Source: an uncultured archaeon (GTDB lineage Archaea > Asgardarchaeota > Thorarchaeia > Thorarchaeales > Thorarchaeaceae). Taken from it: a DNA stretch of 25,800 nucleotides. Location of the stretch: contig CAZSWP010000048.1 in assembly GCA_964610875.1 (NCBI GenBank), positions 1 to 25,800 of the forward strand, written 5' to 3'. Below are positions 9,306 through 17,678 of this stretch, in pieces. Made by a program: the position numbers and the translations under genes. The notes under the pieces were generated by a model. It was not told where the DNA came from and searched no databases. It was given only the letters and a program-made list of their open reading frames with translations. Position 1 is the stretch's first letter. Each line of letters opens with the position of its first letter.

Positions 9306-9353
9306 GATGGATGGGCCCTCGGTGGCCTTTCCTCTTCCATCGGTCCTTCTTTT
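9306..9353 (+). terminator. GC-rich stem-loop between convergent genes, followed by a pyrimidine/U tract; terminator or small structured RNA
   Basis: GATGGA(9306-9311)/TCCATC(9336-9341) encloses GGGCC/GGCCT, followed by CCTTCTTTT. Confidence 0.4.
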
Positions 9354-9395
9354 GATGCACAGAGGAAATTAGGATTATCGAAGAATATGTATTTC

Positions 9396-9833
9396 TTAAT
9401 CATACAACCTCAATACAATGTTTACAGTTCGTTTAACAAAGGTTGGACATATATCTCTGAATACTCCCTGATCTCGAGCTGCCTGCAGCTCCAAGTCGGA
9501 AGATAAATCATATCCGATAAGCTCCTTACAAAGGGTTGAACCCATTTCTTTTTTGGATCGTTTTACAAATTCTCCTGCGGCATCATATGATGCATCAAGG
9601 TGCTTCTCTTGGTCCTGCTCTTTCTGTTTTTCGATTGCCCCTATCGCCATCACTGCGCCTGAGATGCAACCACAGGTTAATCCTCGTTTACCAATTCCTC
9701 CACCGAAACCAGCGGCCAGATGGACCATATCTTTCTCAGCTAAATCGAAGTTTTCCATTATGGCTTTGAAAACTGACTGTGAACAGTTATAGATACTGAG
9801 AAAATACTCTCTCGCTTTTTGTGATGCATCCAT
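9396..9833 (-). CDS. C-GCAxxG-C-C family putative redox protein
   Basis: YNCSQSV, GFGGGIG, TCGCISGA, GSTLCKEL and a final Cys. Confidence 0.92.
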   Translation of the reverse strand: MDASQKAREYFLSIYNCSQSVFKAIMENFDLAEKDMVHLAAGFGGGIGKRGLTCGCISGAVMAIGAIEKQKEQDQEKHLDASYDAAGEFVKRSKKEMGSTLCKELIGYDLSSDLELQAARDQGVFRDICPTFVKRTVNIVLRLYD

Positions 9834-9894
9834 ATGATTCCGCCTCGTTTATTACAGATTAGAATGGCACTAGAGTATGTTAATTATGTAGGGC

Positions 9895-10200
9895 TTATGT
9901 ATCCTGTAGCCATTCGATTGGATCTCGTTTTACTCCAATGATTGTTCTAGTGTTATCGAGATACCATCTCGTTTTTTCTCTGAATCGAGGCCAGAAATCA
10001 AAGAATAATCTTGGCTCTTTAGACTCGAGAACTAAGAATCCATTCCACTCAGTGCCCCACGCATATCTGTAATCACCAACTATTGTGAGTTCTTCTGGCC
10101 AATTATTCTTGACAAACTCCCTCCAAAACTCCTTAGCCTTTGATGCCTTTTCAGCATCCATTTTCACAAAGCGATAGTATACAATAAATGCGAATGTCAT
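9895..10200 (-). CDS. Small hypothetical protein, probable dimeric alpha/beta-barrel (DUF3303/GYD-like)
   Basis: ATG at 10200 preceded by an SD-like GGAGTGGTG; beta-alpha-beta-beta-alpha-beta pattern (FIVYYRF..IVGDY..WNGFLVLES..TRTIIG). Confidence 0.65.
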   Translation of the reverse strand: MTFAFIVYYRFVKMDAEKASKAKEFWREFVKNNWPEELTIVGDYRYAWGTEWNGFLVLESKEPRLFFDFWPRFREKTRWYLDNTRTIIGVKRDPIEWLQDT

Positions 10201-10272
10201 TAGAGTGACCACCACTCCGAAATTATGTCGGTGCATTAAAAAGATTGGTGCTTGACATAGTCTTGTGTTCCT

Positions 10273-11004
10273 ATGAGTGAGTCCAATGATGAAATTGTAC
10301 GAAGGGATTTCAAGCATGGTAAAGTAGCCTACGGTTTTCAATGGAACAAATCCAATCACATACGGATTGGCAATGAAACTGGTGACAGTGCTTCTCTATG
10401 GGCCCATCTCACAACTATTCAATCCGGAAAGATACCTAAAACTCCTTTTACTGATGTATTCTATTCTAGAGCTTCAAGCTTGAAGTTCAAGAAAATGTCA
10501 AACCCTGCAAGGACAAAACTAAGAAGGAAGCTTGAACGAGCGGGAAATCTTCGTCGTACAATAGAGCACGACTTGATAGAAAAGATTAGAGAATGCCACA
10601 GGGTAATTGGTGACAATTCGTATCAAGCTGATCATTCAATACTATCGGAAATGCTCACAAACGACCCATATACAATCGCTATTGAGGTTCCTGTGTGGTC
10701 TGAAAGATATCAATTATCAGGACACGTTGACCTTATTCGATGTGTCGATGGCACAATAGAAGTATGTGATTACAAACCAGGAAAAATGGACAGTACATCG
10801 AAGAGATTCTTTAATTCAATTCCTCAGGTTGCTTCATATGGTGAAATGGTGACACATCATCTAGCTTCAACACTACGTTCTGCTCTTGAGGCTTCGTTAT
10901 TACCAAAGGTTCGATGTTATATTTTTGATACTCATGCTGCTTGGAGTTTTCCTTCTGAATTGTTTGTAACTCTAGAAACTACTGGATATATTCAGGATCT
11001 CTAA
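10273..11004 (+). CDS. PD-(D/E)XK nuclease, RecB/Cas4-like superfamily
   Basis: AIEVPV, SGHVDLI, VCDYKP and QVASY motifs. Confidence 0.85.
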   Translation: MSESNDEIVRRDFKHGKVAYGFQWNKSNHIRIGNETGDSASLWAHLTTIQSGKIPKTPFTDVFYSRASSLKFKKMSNPARTKLRRKLERAGNLRRTIEHDLIEKIRECHRVIGDNSYQADHSILSEMLTNDPYTIAIEVPVWSERYQLSGHVDLIRCVDGTIEVCDYKPGKMDSTSKRFFNSIPQVASYGEMVTHHLASTLRSALEASLLPKVRCYIFDTHAAWSFPSELFVTLETTGYIQDL

Positions 11005-11837
11005 TCTTTGCCATTCACGAGTACACGCATACTTACTTGTTCATCTAATGATGGCATATCGGTTATTCCTCTATTGACTTTCAGTTGGATCGTTGGACGT
11101 TCTGAAATAAGACCTTCTCGAATCCTTGAGAAATAATTTTCCGTTAGATTCCCAAAATTGCCTAAAGCCGGGTCAACAGGAATCCATCCTTTGCTCTCAA
11201 GATAGACCTCTCCCCATGCGTGTGGTTCAGGATCCGGACCTCCTCTAAATAGATGTCCAACCACTCTTCTTGAAGGAATACCAACAGTTCGAGTAAGTGC
11301 AATGAATAGATCTGTATGCTCGTCACAATCTCCTTCTTTCTCAAATGCTGCTTTTGCCGCTCCATATCGTACATCCAAATGATTCTTCAATTTCAACCGC
11401 TCCTTTACTACTTTTAATGCAAGACGGGCATAGGACTCATCATTTCCACTAGATTCTGCAATTCTTTCAGAAATCTCTTGAACAATTGGGTCATCAATTT
11501 CCCAATACTTTTGTAATTTACAATATGTTGATCGGATTCTTTTCATTTCAGTGTTCGGTGTTGCTTTGGGTTCAAGTAACCAATCCCGAGTTATTGTATC
11601 TATCCTCAATATGACGGTTGGTGAAAATGATTCACCAGGATTTAGTTCAGGGACCTTAATCATTGCAACCATATTATTTTCTGCCTTTTCCAGAACCCGT
11701 GCAGGTGGAAAAACATCAAATGATTCGACAAATTGATTATCCTGGTCTGTGAAGAGATGCCAGAGAAGCTTTCCATCCTTGATTCGAGTTGAGCTTCTGT
11801 TGTGAACATTAGCTTGCATCTCAACCAATAGTCGCAA
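11001..11837 (-). CDS. Transglutaminase-like superfamily protein
   Basis: Catalytic triad GDCDE, HAWGEV, WIPVDP; SD GAGGTGA upstream of the TTG start. Confidence 0.92.
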   Translation of the reverse strand: MRLLVEMQANVHNRSSTRIKDGKLLWHLFTDQDNQFVESFDVFPPARVLEKAENNMVAMIKVPELNPGESFSPTVILRIDTITRDWLLEPKATPNTEMKRIRSTYCKLQKYWEIDDPIVQEISERIAESSGNDESYARLALKVVKERLKLKNHLDVRYGAAKAAFEKEGDCDEHTDLFIALTRTVGIPSRRVVGHLFRGGPDPEPHAWGEVYLESKGWIPVDPALGNFGNLTENYFSRIREGLISERPTIQLKVNRGITDMPSLDEQVSMRVLVNGKD

Positions 11838-11931
11838 TCTGTCACCTCGGGCATGAAATAGTGGTAGGATTCCTACTCCGAATAGTTTTATGTATTATTC
11901 TAGCACAAACATAGTATAGCGAGGTAATCTT

Positions 11932-13377
11932 ATGTCAGGTGATGAGGATTTTTCAAAGGATGACAATGATGATGTAATTGGAAAACTACTCGATGACCTT
12001 GGGGTTGATGAGGAAACAAGGAAAGATTTAGTGGATTCAGGTAGAATATCGTCCGATGTCTTCAAGGTTGCAACAGCAGACCAGATTCGTAGAAGAATGG
12101 AAATTGAGAAGAGTACAAAACGTTTGAGAGAAAGTCTGAACCTAGTTGAACGAAACATCCTAGAGATAGACACAGCAATAGATCGTATCGAGAGAGACCT
12201 CATACCTGTAATCCTTTCCTTTTTAGTAGGACTGAAGGGAAACTTAGTCGCCTTGCGAACGGATGTTATTGGCCGTAGTAAACGGAGAGCAAAAACGAAT
12301 CTCCAATCAACCTATGTTGAAACAGAAGTGAAATCCATTGTAGATGAAGAATTTGCGAAAATTGAACATACGCTGACCTCTGACATGGCTACACCTATCC
12401 TTGACAAAGTCAGAGAAGTAGCTGATACTTTCAAAGAAACATTGCGTCATTCACTTGAGGAACTTGCTACCTTGAAAGGTACAATTGAAGACTTTACTCA
12501 GAGAACAAATACAGAAGTTGAATTCCTCACAAAAGAAATCAGTATGAAACCAAAGGTAGAAGTTCCAAAAGAAGTTCAAGAAGAGCTTGACCAATTAAAA
12601 AGACGTGTTCAACAATTAATGAAGGAAGTCGAGCTAGCTGAAGAAAAGATACAAAATAGAGAGAATGAAATAGCTGCTCTTCAAAAGAACTTGTCAGCCA
12701 CAAAAGAAAGAAATGCTTCTCTGGAAGCATCTATTCAAACACTCAAAGCCACTCCTAGTATTGACGCGGAAGCAATGGCCGAGCTTCGTCAGACGATTAA
12801 AAGCCTTGAAGCCAAGAAAGAATTGATTGAGAGAAAACTATCAGAAACTGAAGAGCGACTGGCTGAATCTGAAAGCGAGAAGAGTGATGTACGCGATAAG
12901 CTGACTAGAAAAGAATTGGAATGCGAGGAGCTCAGAGGGAACGTTTCTAGCTTAGAATCTGATCTCGGTGTGTCCAGTGAACGTATACTTGAAATCGATG
13001 AACTTAGGTCAAGAGTAAAACAACTCGAATCTGGTGACACCATGCGGGAGCTTGAAAGGACAAAAAGTGAACTTGAACGAGCTCGGGCATCTTTAGAACG
13101 AGCCACAAATGACATGAACGCCGCAATCCAGAGTGCAAATTATAATCAATCAAGAATTGATGCTTATCTCGGATTGATGGGTGCTACAGAGAAGACCAAG
13201 GCATTTCTGATGCTTGAAGAAAATCAAGAGATGACAATTCGTGAGATTGCCCGTTCTCTTGGTGTTTCTGATGCCGTTGTAAAGAAATGGACTGAAGATT
13301 ATGTTAGTCTTGGAATTGCTAAAGTTGTTGATGATGCAAAACTAGTATTGAGCACAAAGCCCCCTGAGAGTAAATAA
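11932..13377 (+). CDS. Long coiled-coil protein with C-terminal winged-helix/HTH
   Basis: Extended E/K/L-rich heptads; tail MTIREIARSLGVSDAVVKKWTEDYVSLGIAKV; SD GAGGT; no Walker motifs. Confidence 0.8.
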   Translation: MSGDEDFSKDDNDDVIGKLLDDLGVDEETRKDLVDSGRISSDVFKVATADQIRRRMEIEKSTKRLRESLNLVERNILEIDTAIDRIERDLIPVILSFLVGLKGNLVALRTDVIGRSKRRAKTNLQSTYVETEVKSIVDEEFAKIEHTLTSDMATPILDKVREVADTFKETLRHSLEELATLKGTIEDFTQRTNTEVEFLTKEISMKPKVEVPKEVQEELDQLKRRVQQLMKEVELAEEKIQNRENEIAALQKNLSATKERNASLEASIQTLKATPSIDAEAMAELRQTIKSLEAKKELIERKLSETEERLAESESEKSDVRDKLTRKELECEELRGNVSSLESDLGVSSERILEIDELRSRVKQLESGDTMRELERTKSELERARASLERATNDMNAAIQSANYNQSRIDAYLGLMGATEKTKAFLMLEENQEMTIREIARSLGVSDAVVKKWTEDYVSLGIAKVVDDAKLVLSTKPPESK

Positions 13378-13383
13378 TCTATA

Positions 13384-13827
13384 CTAAACTTCTTGAACCC
13401 GGTTCAGAAATCTAATGACTTCGAGTAGTCTATCCAATCTTTGTGCCCCAGCATAAAGGGTTTCAACTTTCGTGAGTGGTTGTCCCTGATTTGTGAGATA
13501 ACCTTTCACAGTGGGTCTTACCAGTTCATGCATGAACGCTGAACGAAGCTTGGAAATCTCGCTTACCATTTCTTCAGTTAAACCGTGTGAATGGAGTGCT
13601 GATTTGAGATCAATAATTTTTGAAGCACAACTCAATCCCTTTGAAAGTCCAATAAGTGAATCATCAAGAGCTTCTATTGCTAAGGTCCTACAAATCTTTT
13701 CGGCTTCAACGATGTCCCTTATTGCCAAAAGTTTTGTGTCAGAACACTTGTCCAGAAATTCCTTGTTTCTCTGTTCTATGGATTGGAGAATTCCTCCTAT
13801 CTTTGCCAAGTCACCTACATCTGGCAT
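13384..13827 (-). CDS. Hypothetical all-helical protein
   Basis: 147-aa ORF filling the gap, amphipathic helical pattern, GGTGA upstream. Confidence 0.6.
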   Translation of the reverse strand: MPDVGDLAKIGGILQSIEQRNKEFLDKCSDTKLLAIRDIVEAEKICRTLAIEALDDSLIGLSKGLSCASKIIDLKSALHSHGLTEEMVSEISKLRSAFMHELVRPTVKGYLTNQGQPLTKVETLYAGAQRLDRLLEVIRFLNRVQEV

Positions 13828-13932
13828 TTAGAAAACCAAGTCACCATTATCGTATTTACTTTTAAAATCTACCAGCGAAATAAAATATCATACCAAAACA
13901 AGAATAAGCTACCCCTTTGAATAGTATGTACA

Positions 13933-14982
13933 ATGAAAGAAGCGATGCTTTGGTCATCCATTGAAAGTGGCATTCGATGCGATTTATGTTCACGTCGATG
14001 TGTCATCAAAGATGGAGAAACAGGATTCTGTAGAGTGCGCAAGAATATAGATGGAACATTATATTCTACGGTATATGGCCTTATTGATGGAATGGCTGCT
14101 GACCCGGTCGAAAAGAAACCACTATTCCATTTCGCACCAGGGTCCCATACATTTTCCATAAGTACATCCTCGTGTAATTTCAGATGCAAGTTTTGTTTGA
14201 ACTATCATTCAGCTCACAGAGAAAATCCTGTTGGTCGCGAATTAACTCCAAGCGATATTGTAAAGCTTGCTAAGAAGAATGATTGTCAAGGTGTCACGTA
14301 TACGTACACAGAACCAACAGTCTTCTTTGAACTGGCATATGACACCGCAAAGATTGCACATGAAGCAGGGATGTATAATACGTTCGTGACAAACGGTTAT
14401 ATGACTACTGAGGCAGTTGATACTATCGCTCCTTTTCTCGATGCTGCTTCAATCAATTTCAAAGGAAGTGGCAATACCGATTTCTATAGGGAATATATGG
14501 AAGTGCCAAAAGTTGAACCAATCTATCAATGTATGCAGCGGATGAAAGAAAAAGGCATCTTCATTGAGATTACAAATCTCATTGTCCCTCAAGTTGGAGA
14601 TCATATCGAAGATACAAGAAAGATGGCTGAATGGACAGTTGAGAATCTTGATTCTAGAACACCATATCACCTCACAGCATTTGCTCCTACCTATAAGATG
14701 ACTCATCTCCCACGAACATCTGCAAAAACTTTGGAGAAGCACATAGATGTTGCAAAGGAAGCAGGATTGGAGTTTGTTTATTCCGGTAACATTGCGGGAC
14801 ATAGCTATGAGAATACAAGATGTCCAAGGTGTGATTTTTTGGCAATAGAGAGATACTCTGTTTTTTTGAAGAGCAATAATCTTGCTTCTGATGGAACTTG
14901 TCCTGAATGTGGTTTCAATTTTGGTATTGTGGGTATTGAGTGGATGCAAACCGGAAAAGCAGAATATGGTTTATTTTCGTGA
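13933..14982 (+). CDS. amrS: AmmeMemoRadiSam system radical SAM enzyme
   Basis: CDLCSRRC..GFCRVR, DPVEKKPLFHF, CNFRCKFCLN, YTYTEP, FVTNGY, YSGN and the C-terminal TRCPRC..CPECG. Confidence 0.93.
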   Translation: MKEAMLWSSIESGIRCDLCSRRCVIKDGETGFCRVRKNIDGTLYSTVYGLIDGMAADPVEKKPLFHFAPGSHTFSISTSSCNFRCKFCLNYHSAHRENPVGRELTPSDIVKLAKKNDCQGVTYTYTEPTVFFELAYDTAKIAHEAGMYNTFVTNGYMTTEAVDTIAPFLDAASINFKGSGNTDFYREYMEVPKVEPIYQCMQRMKEKGIFIEITNLIVPQVGDHIEDTRKMAEWTVENLDSRTPYHLTAFAPTYKMTHLPRTSAKTLEKHIDVAKEAGLEFVYSGNIAGHSYENTRCPRCDFLAIERYSVFLKSNNLASDGTCPECGFNFGIVGIEWMQTGKAEYGLFS

Positions 14983-15070
14983 AATTATTAGCTATCCCCA
15001 TATCATTGATTAATACTTGGCGAACATACATTTCGAGTAAGTTCATATGTAATGATTATTTGGTGTTCAA

Positions 15071-15916
15071 TTGATGAATGAATCCATTGAGAGCGAAAAA
15101 AAGATTCGATACATATCTCTAGTCCGACGAGATGGCGGGGAGCCAATTTTGGGAATACCATATCGGGCAATGAGTGTAGACCCTGATCTTGTTGCTAGTT
15201 TTGTTCTCGCAATAATAATTTTTGAAAATCGACAGTTACGAACATTCACAAAAGAAGGATATGTTGTTATCATCGAAGAAGGTGATTATGTTGTTGGCCT
15301 TCTTATTGTAGATAAGGTCGAGGATGATTCACCCTACCGAGAAAAATTGATAGAAATCATAAAGGGGTTTGAGGCTGAATATGAAACTCATCTTCAAAAT
15401 TGGAAAGGTGATATCAGACCTTTTAGAGAGTATGCACTCCAGATTCTTGGAAATTTTCCATATAGACAATTTGAGTTAGAATTAGTACCGAGCATCGTTA
15501 CTAAATCAGAAGCAAATCCAGACTATCATTCCAAAATTCCATGGAGTGTAGGTGAAACCGATGAAAAAATTCACACGATAATTGGATACATAAATGGGAA
15601 GCGTTCAATGAAGGAGATTATGGAAGCTTCCGAACTGGATGAAGATGAAGCAAAAGCTATTTTCTCAATGCTTGACCATTACAATTGGATTACATTAACG
15701 AAGAAATTGGGTCCCGATACAAAGCTAGTCAAACTAACAGATCCACCAATGTTCTTGCAGGGTGTATACGGCGAAGCACTTGTCAAGCTAGTTGAGCTAT
15801 GTGATGGAAATCTTACATTGTCTCAAATAGTAGAACAACTTCCATATACGCTAGAAGTTCTACGAACTTTAGCAAAGAATCTGATTGATGCAGGAGTGCT
15901 CGGATATGCGAAATAA
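15071..15916 (+). CDS. Longin-like domain plus two winged-helix domains (NPRL2/NPRL3-like), paralog 1
   Basis: Longin pattern YISLV..GEPIL..VDPDLVASF..GDIRPF; WH repeats YINGKRSMKEI and LCDGNLTLSQI. Confidence 0.75.
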   Translation: MMNESIESEKKIRYISLVRRDGGEPILGIPYRAMSVDPDLVASFVLAIIIFENRQLRTFTKEGYVVIIEEGDYVVGLLIVDKVEDDSPYREKLIEIIKGFEAEYETHLQNWKGDIRPFREYALQILGNFPYRQFELELVPSIVTKSEANPDYHSKIPWSVGETDEKIHTIIGYINGKRSMKEIMEASELDEDEAKAIFSMLDHYNWITLTKKLGPDTKLVKLTDPPMFLQGVYGEALVKLVELCDGNLTLSQIVEQLPYTLEVLRTLAKNLIDAGVLGYAK

Positions 15917-15981
15917 GTCGCTAAGTAGTAATTCTTATAGCATACCATTGTATTCCTCTGCCATTGGGTTACTGAAGAGAG

Positions 15982-16845
15982 ATGGTGAGTCACGCACTGG
16001 AGGGGATTACTAAAATGGCAATGGATGTTTCCAAAGTCAAGTACATCTCAGTCATTCGACTCGAAGGTGGAGAGTCAATCCTCAATATTCCATATGCGGA
16101 ACTCACAGTTGACCCAGACCTTATCGCAGGATTCGTGACGGCTGTAATAATTTTTGCTCGAACCCCGATTAGAACAATTAAGAAAGCAACTTATGATATC
16201 TTAATTGAAGTTGGCAAAACCGTTCTTGTACTTATGGTGGTTGAACCGATACCTGATGAAAAACCGTATCGCGAAAAATTACAGCTTATACTGTCCCAAG
16301 TTGAGCACACTCACGGTGATAGACTGGAAAAATTTGAAGGTGATGTTAGGACTTTTAGAGAGTCTATTCTTACAATTCTAAAGGAATTTCCCTATTCGGA
16401 TGTTGATTTGAATCTGGTACCCTGCTTAAAGAAAAGTGGAGTTCAGGTTCCGTTTCGAGTTGGAAAGGTTGACAGTCTACTTGAGCAGATTGAGAATTTC
16501 ATCAATGGAAAACGTACTGTAAGTGAGATACTTGATCTCATCGGGCTTAATGAGGAAGAGGTCCTTGCACTCCTGTCAGTATTGAAGCGATATTGCTGGA
16601 TTGATTTCAAACGAAGACTAACTGAGAATGACTTTCTAAGAGTATCCAAATGTGAGAATGAAAAGACCCTATTATATTTGACACAACAATATGGAAAACC
16701 CGTCACCGACCTCATGGATGCATTTGCAAATCCTCAGAGAGTTGAGGATGTGATAGCATCTCTTCCATATGATAAAAATGCTATTTGGTTCCTCATAACA
16801 AAATTAGTTGACGCCGGATGTCTGAAAGTCATTATTCTCTCCTAG
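15982..16845 (+). CDS. Longin-like domain plus two winged-helix domains (NPRL2/NPRL3-like), paralog 2; start may be 16015
   Basis: Colinear with paralog 1 (YISVI..GGESIL..VDPDLIAGF..PYREKL..GDVRTF..FPY..FINGKRTVSEI..LVDAG); SD GGAGGGG before ATG 16015. Confidence 0.75.
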   Translation: MVSHALEGITKMAMDVSKVKYISVIRLEGGESILNIPYAELTVDPDLIAGFVTAVIIFARTPIRTIKKATYDILIEVGKTVLVLMVVEPIPDEKPYREKLQLILSQVEHTHGDRLEKFEGDVRTFRESILTILKEFPYSDVDLNLVPCLKKSGVQVPFRVGKVDSLLEQIENFINGKRTVSEILDLIGLNEEEVLALLSVLKRYCWIDFKRRLTENDFLRVSKCENEKTLLYLTQQYGKPVTDLMDAFANPQRVEDVIASLPYDKNAIWFLITKLVDAGCLKVIILS

Positions 16846-17666
16846 AGTATCGTATCATCACCTGGAATTCCGACTACATCACTTCTACATTGTTTGCAAT
16901 GTATGAATTGCCTGATATATTTTAATGACTTCCTTCTTACAAGTTGAATTTCTTGTTTCGTTGGACCATTCAGGTGTTTCATTTGTCCAGATGGTATCAA
17001 TGGTATTATGTTCTGAAGCTTGGCTCCAGCAGTAGCAATCTGTAAAGCGAGCTCGGGAATCTCATCATTATTTGTGTGGGGAATCAAGACCGTATTCACT
17101 TTTACATGTACACCCATCTCGGCAAGGTGTTCAATTCCCCGCAATTGGTTGTCTATTACCTTTTCGCCCAACTCGTAACCTGAGAGGGACCTACCATCGA
17201 CAAATCCTTTCAAATATATTTTTGATGCGGTTTCTGGTGTGATGGCATGCATTGAGACCGAAATGGTATCTAGTTTGAGCTTGTCAACTTTGCGAATCTT
17301 TTCTGAAACCGATGTTCCATTCGTGCTAAGACATAATTTTTTATCTGGCCATTTTTCCCTAATTTGAAGCAATGTGTCCAAAACACCTTTACTGAATAGG
17401 GGGTCTCCTGGTCCAGAAACCGCTATGATTTTCAGAGCAGGTCTAGAGTTGATTTCCTTTTCCAATCTTTCTAGGGCTACTGTTGGAGTCATGATGCTCC
17501 TTGCAACACCTGGAAATGATGTATGACATGCGCCTGGTGCTAGGGTCTCACAGAATGCACATTTGAGATTACATGTTCTGGCTATCGGTAGATGAATTCT
17601 CTCCCAAAGTTGAGAACGGTCCTCTGACCAACATGGGTGATGATTAAATGGAAATGATTCACTCAT
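16842..17666 (-). CDS. NifB-like radical SAM protein (stand-alone, divergent)
   Basis: HHPC, RIHLPIA, CNLKCAFC, SGPGDPL, LCLSTNG, VKVNTVLIP, NIIPLIP and HCKQCRSD. Confidence 0.9.
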   Translation of the reverse strand: MSESFPFNHHPCWSEDRSQLWERIHLPIARTCNLKCAFCETLAPGACHTSFPGVARSIMTPTVALERLEKEINSRPALKIIAVSGPGDPLFSKGVLDTLLQIREKWPDKKLCLSTNGTSVSEKIRKVDKLKLDTISVSMHAITPETASKIYLKGFVDGRSLSGYELGEKVIDNQLRGIEHLAEMGVHVKVNTVLIPHTNNDEIPELALQIATAGAKLQNIIPLIPSGQMKHLNGPTKQEIQLVRRKSLKYIRQFIHCKQCRSDVVGIPGDDTIL

Positions 17667-17678
17667 TTCGAAGAGCTC

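Noticed and set aside
9306-9341. SECIS element for the C-GCAxxG-C-C gene (GAA/A bulge on the minus strand)
   Set aside because: The gene has Cys at every motif position and no in-frame TGA; I saw no selenoprotein candidate in the window
10273-11004. Cas4 / CRISPR system
   Set aside because: No Fe-S cysteine cluster, no other cas genes and no repeat-spacer array seen
11932-13377. SMC/Rad50 or Wadjet JetC
   Set aside because: No Walker A/B, signature motif, hinge or Zn-hook; the TOPRIM gene nearby is a true top6A paired with top6B
16842-17666. Evidence of nitrogen fixation
   Set aside because: No nifHDK/EN in the window and the NifB fingerprints are degenerate
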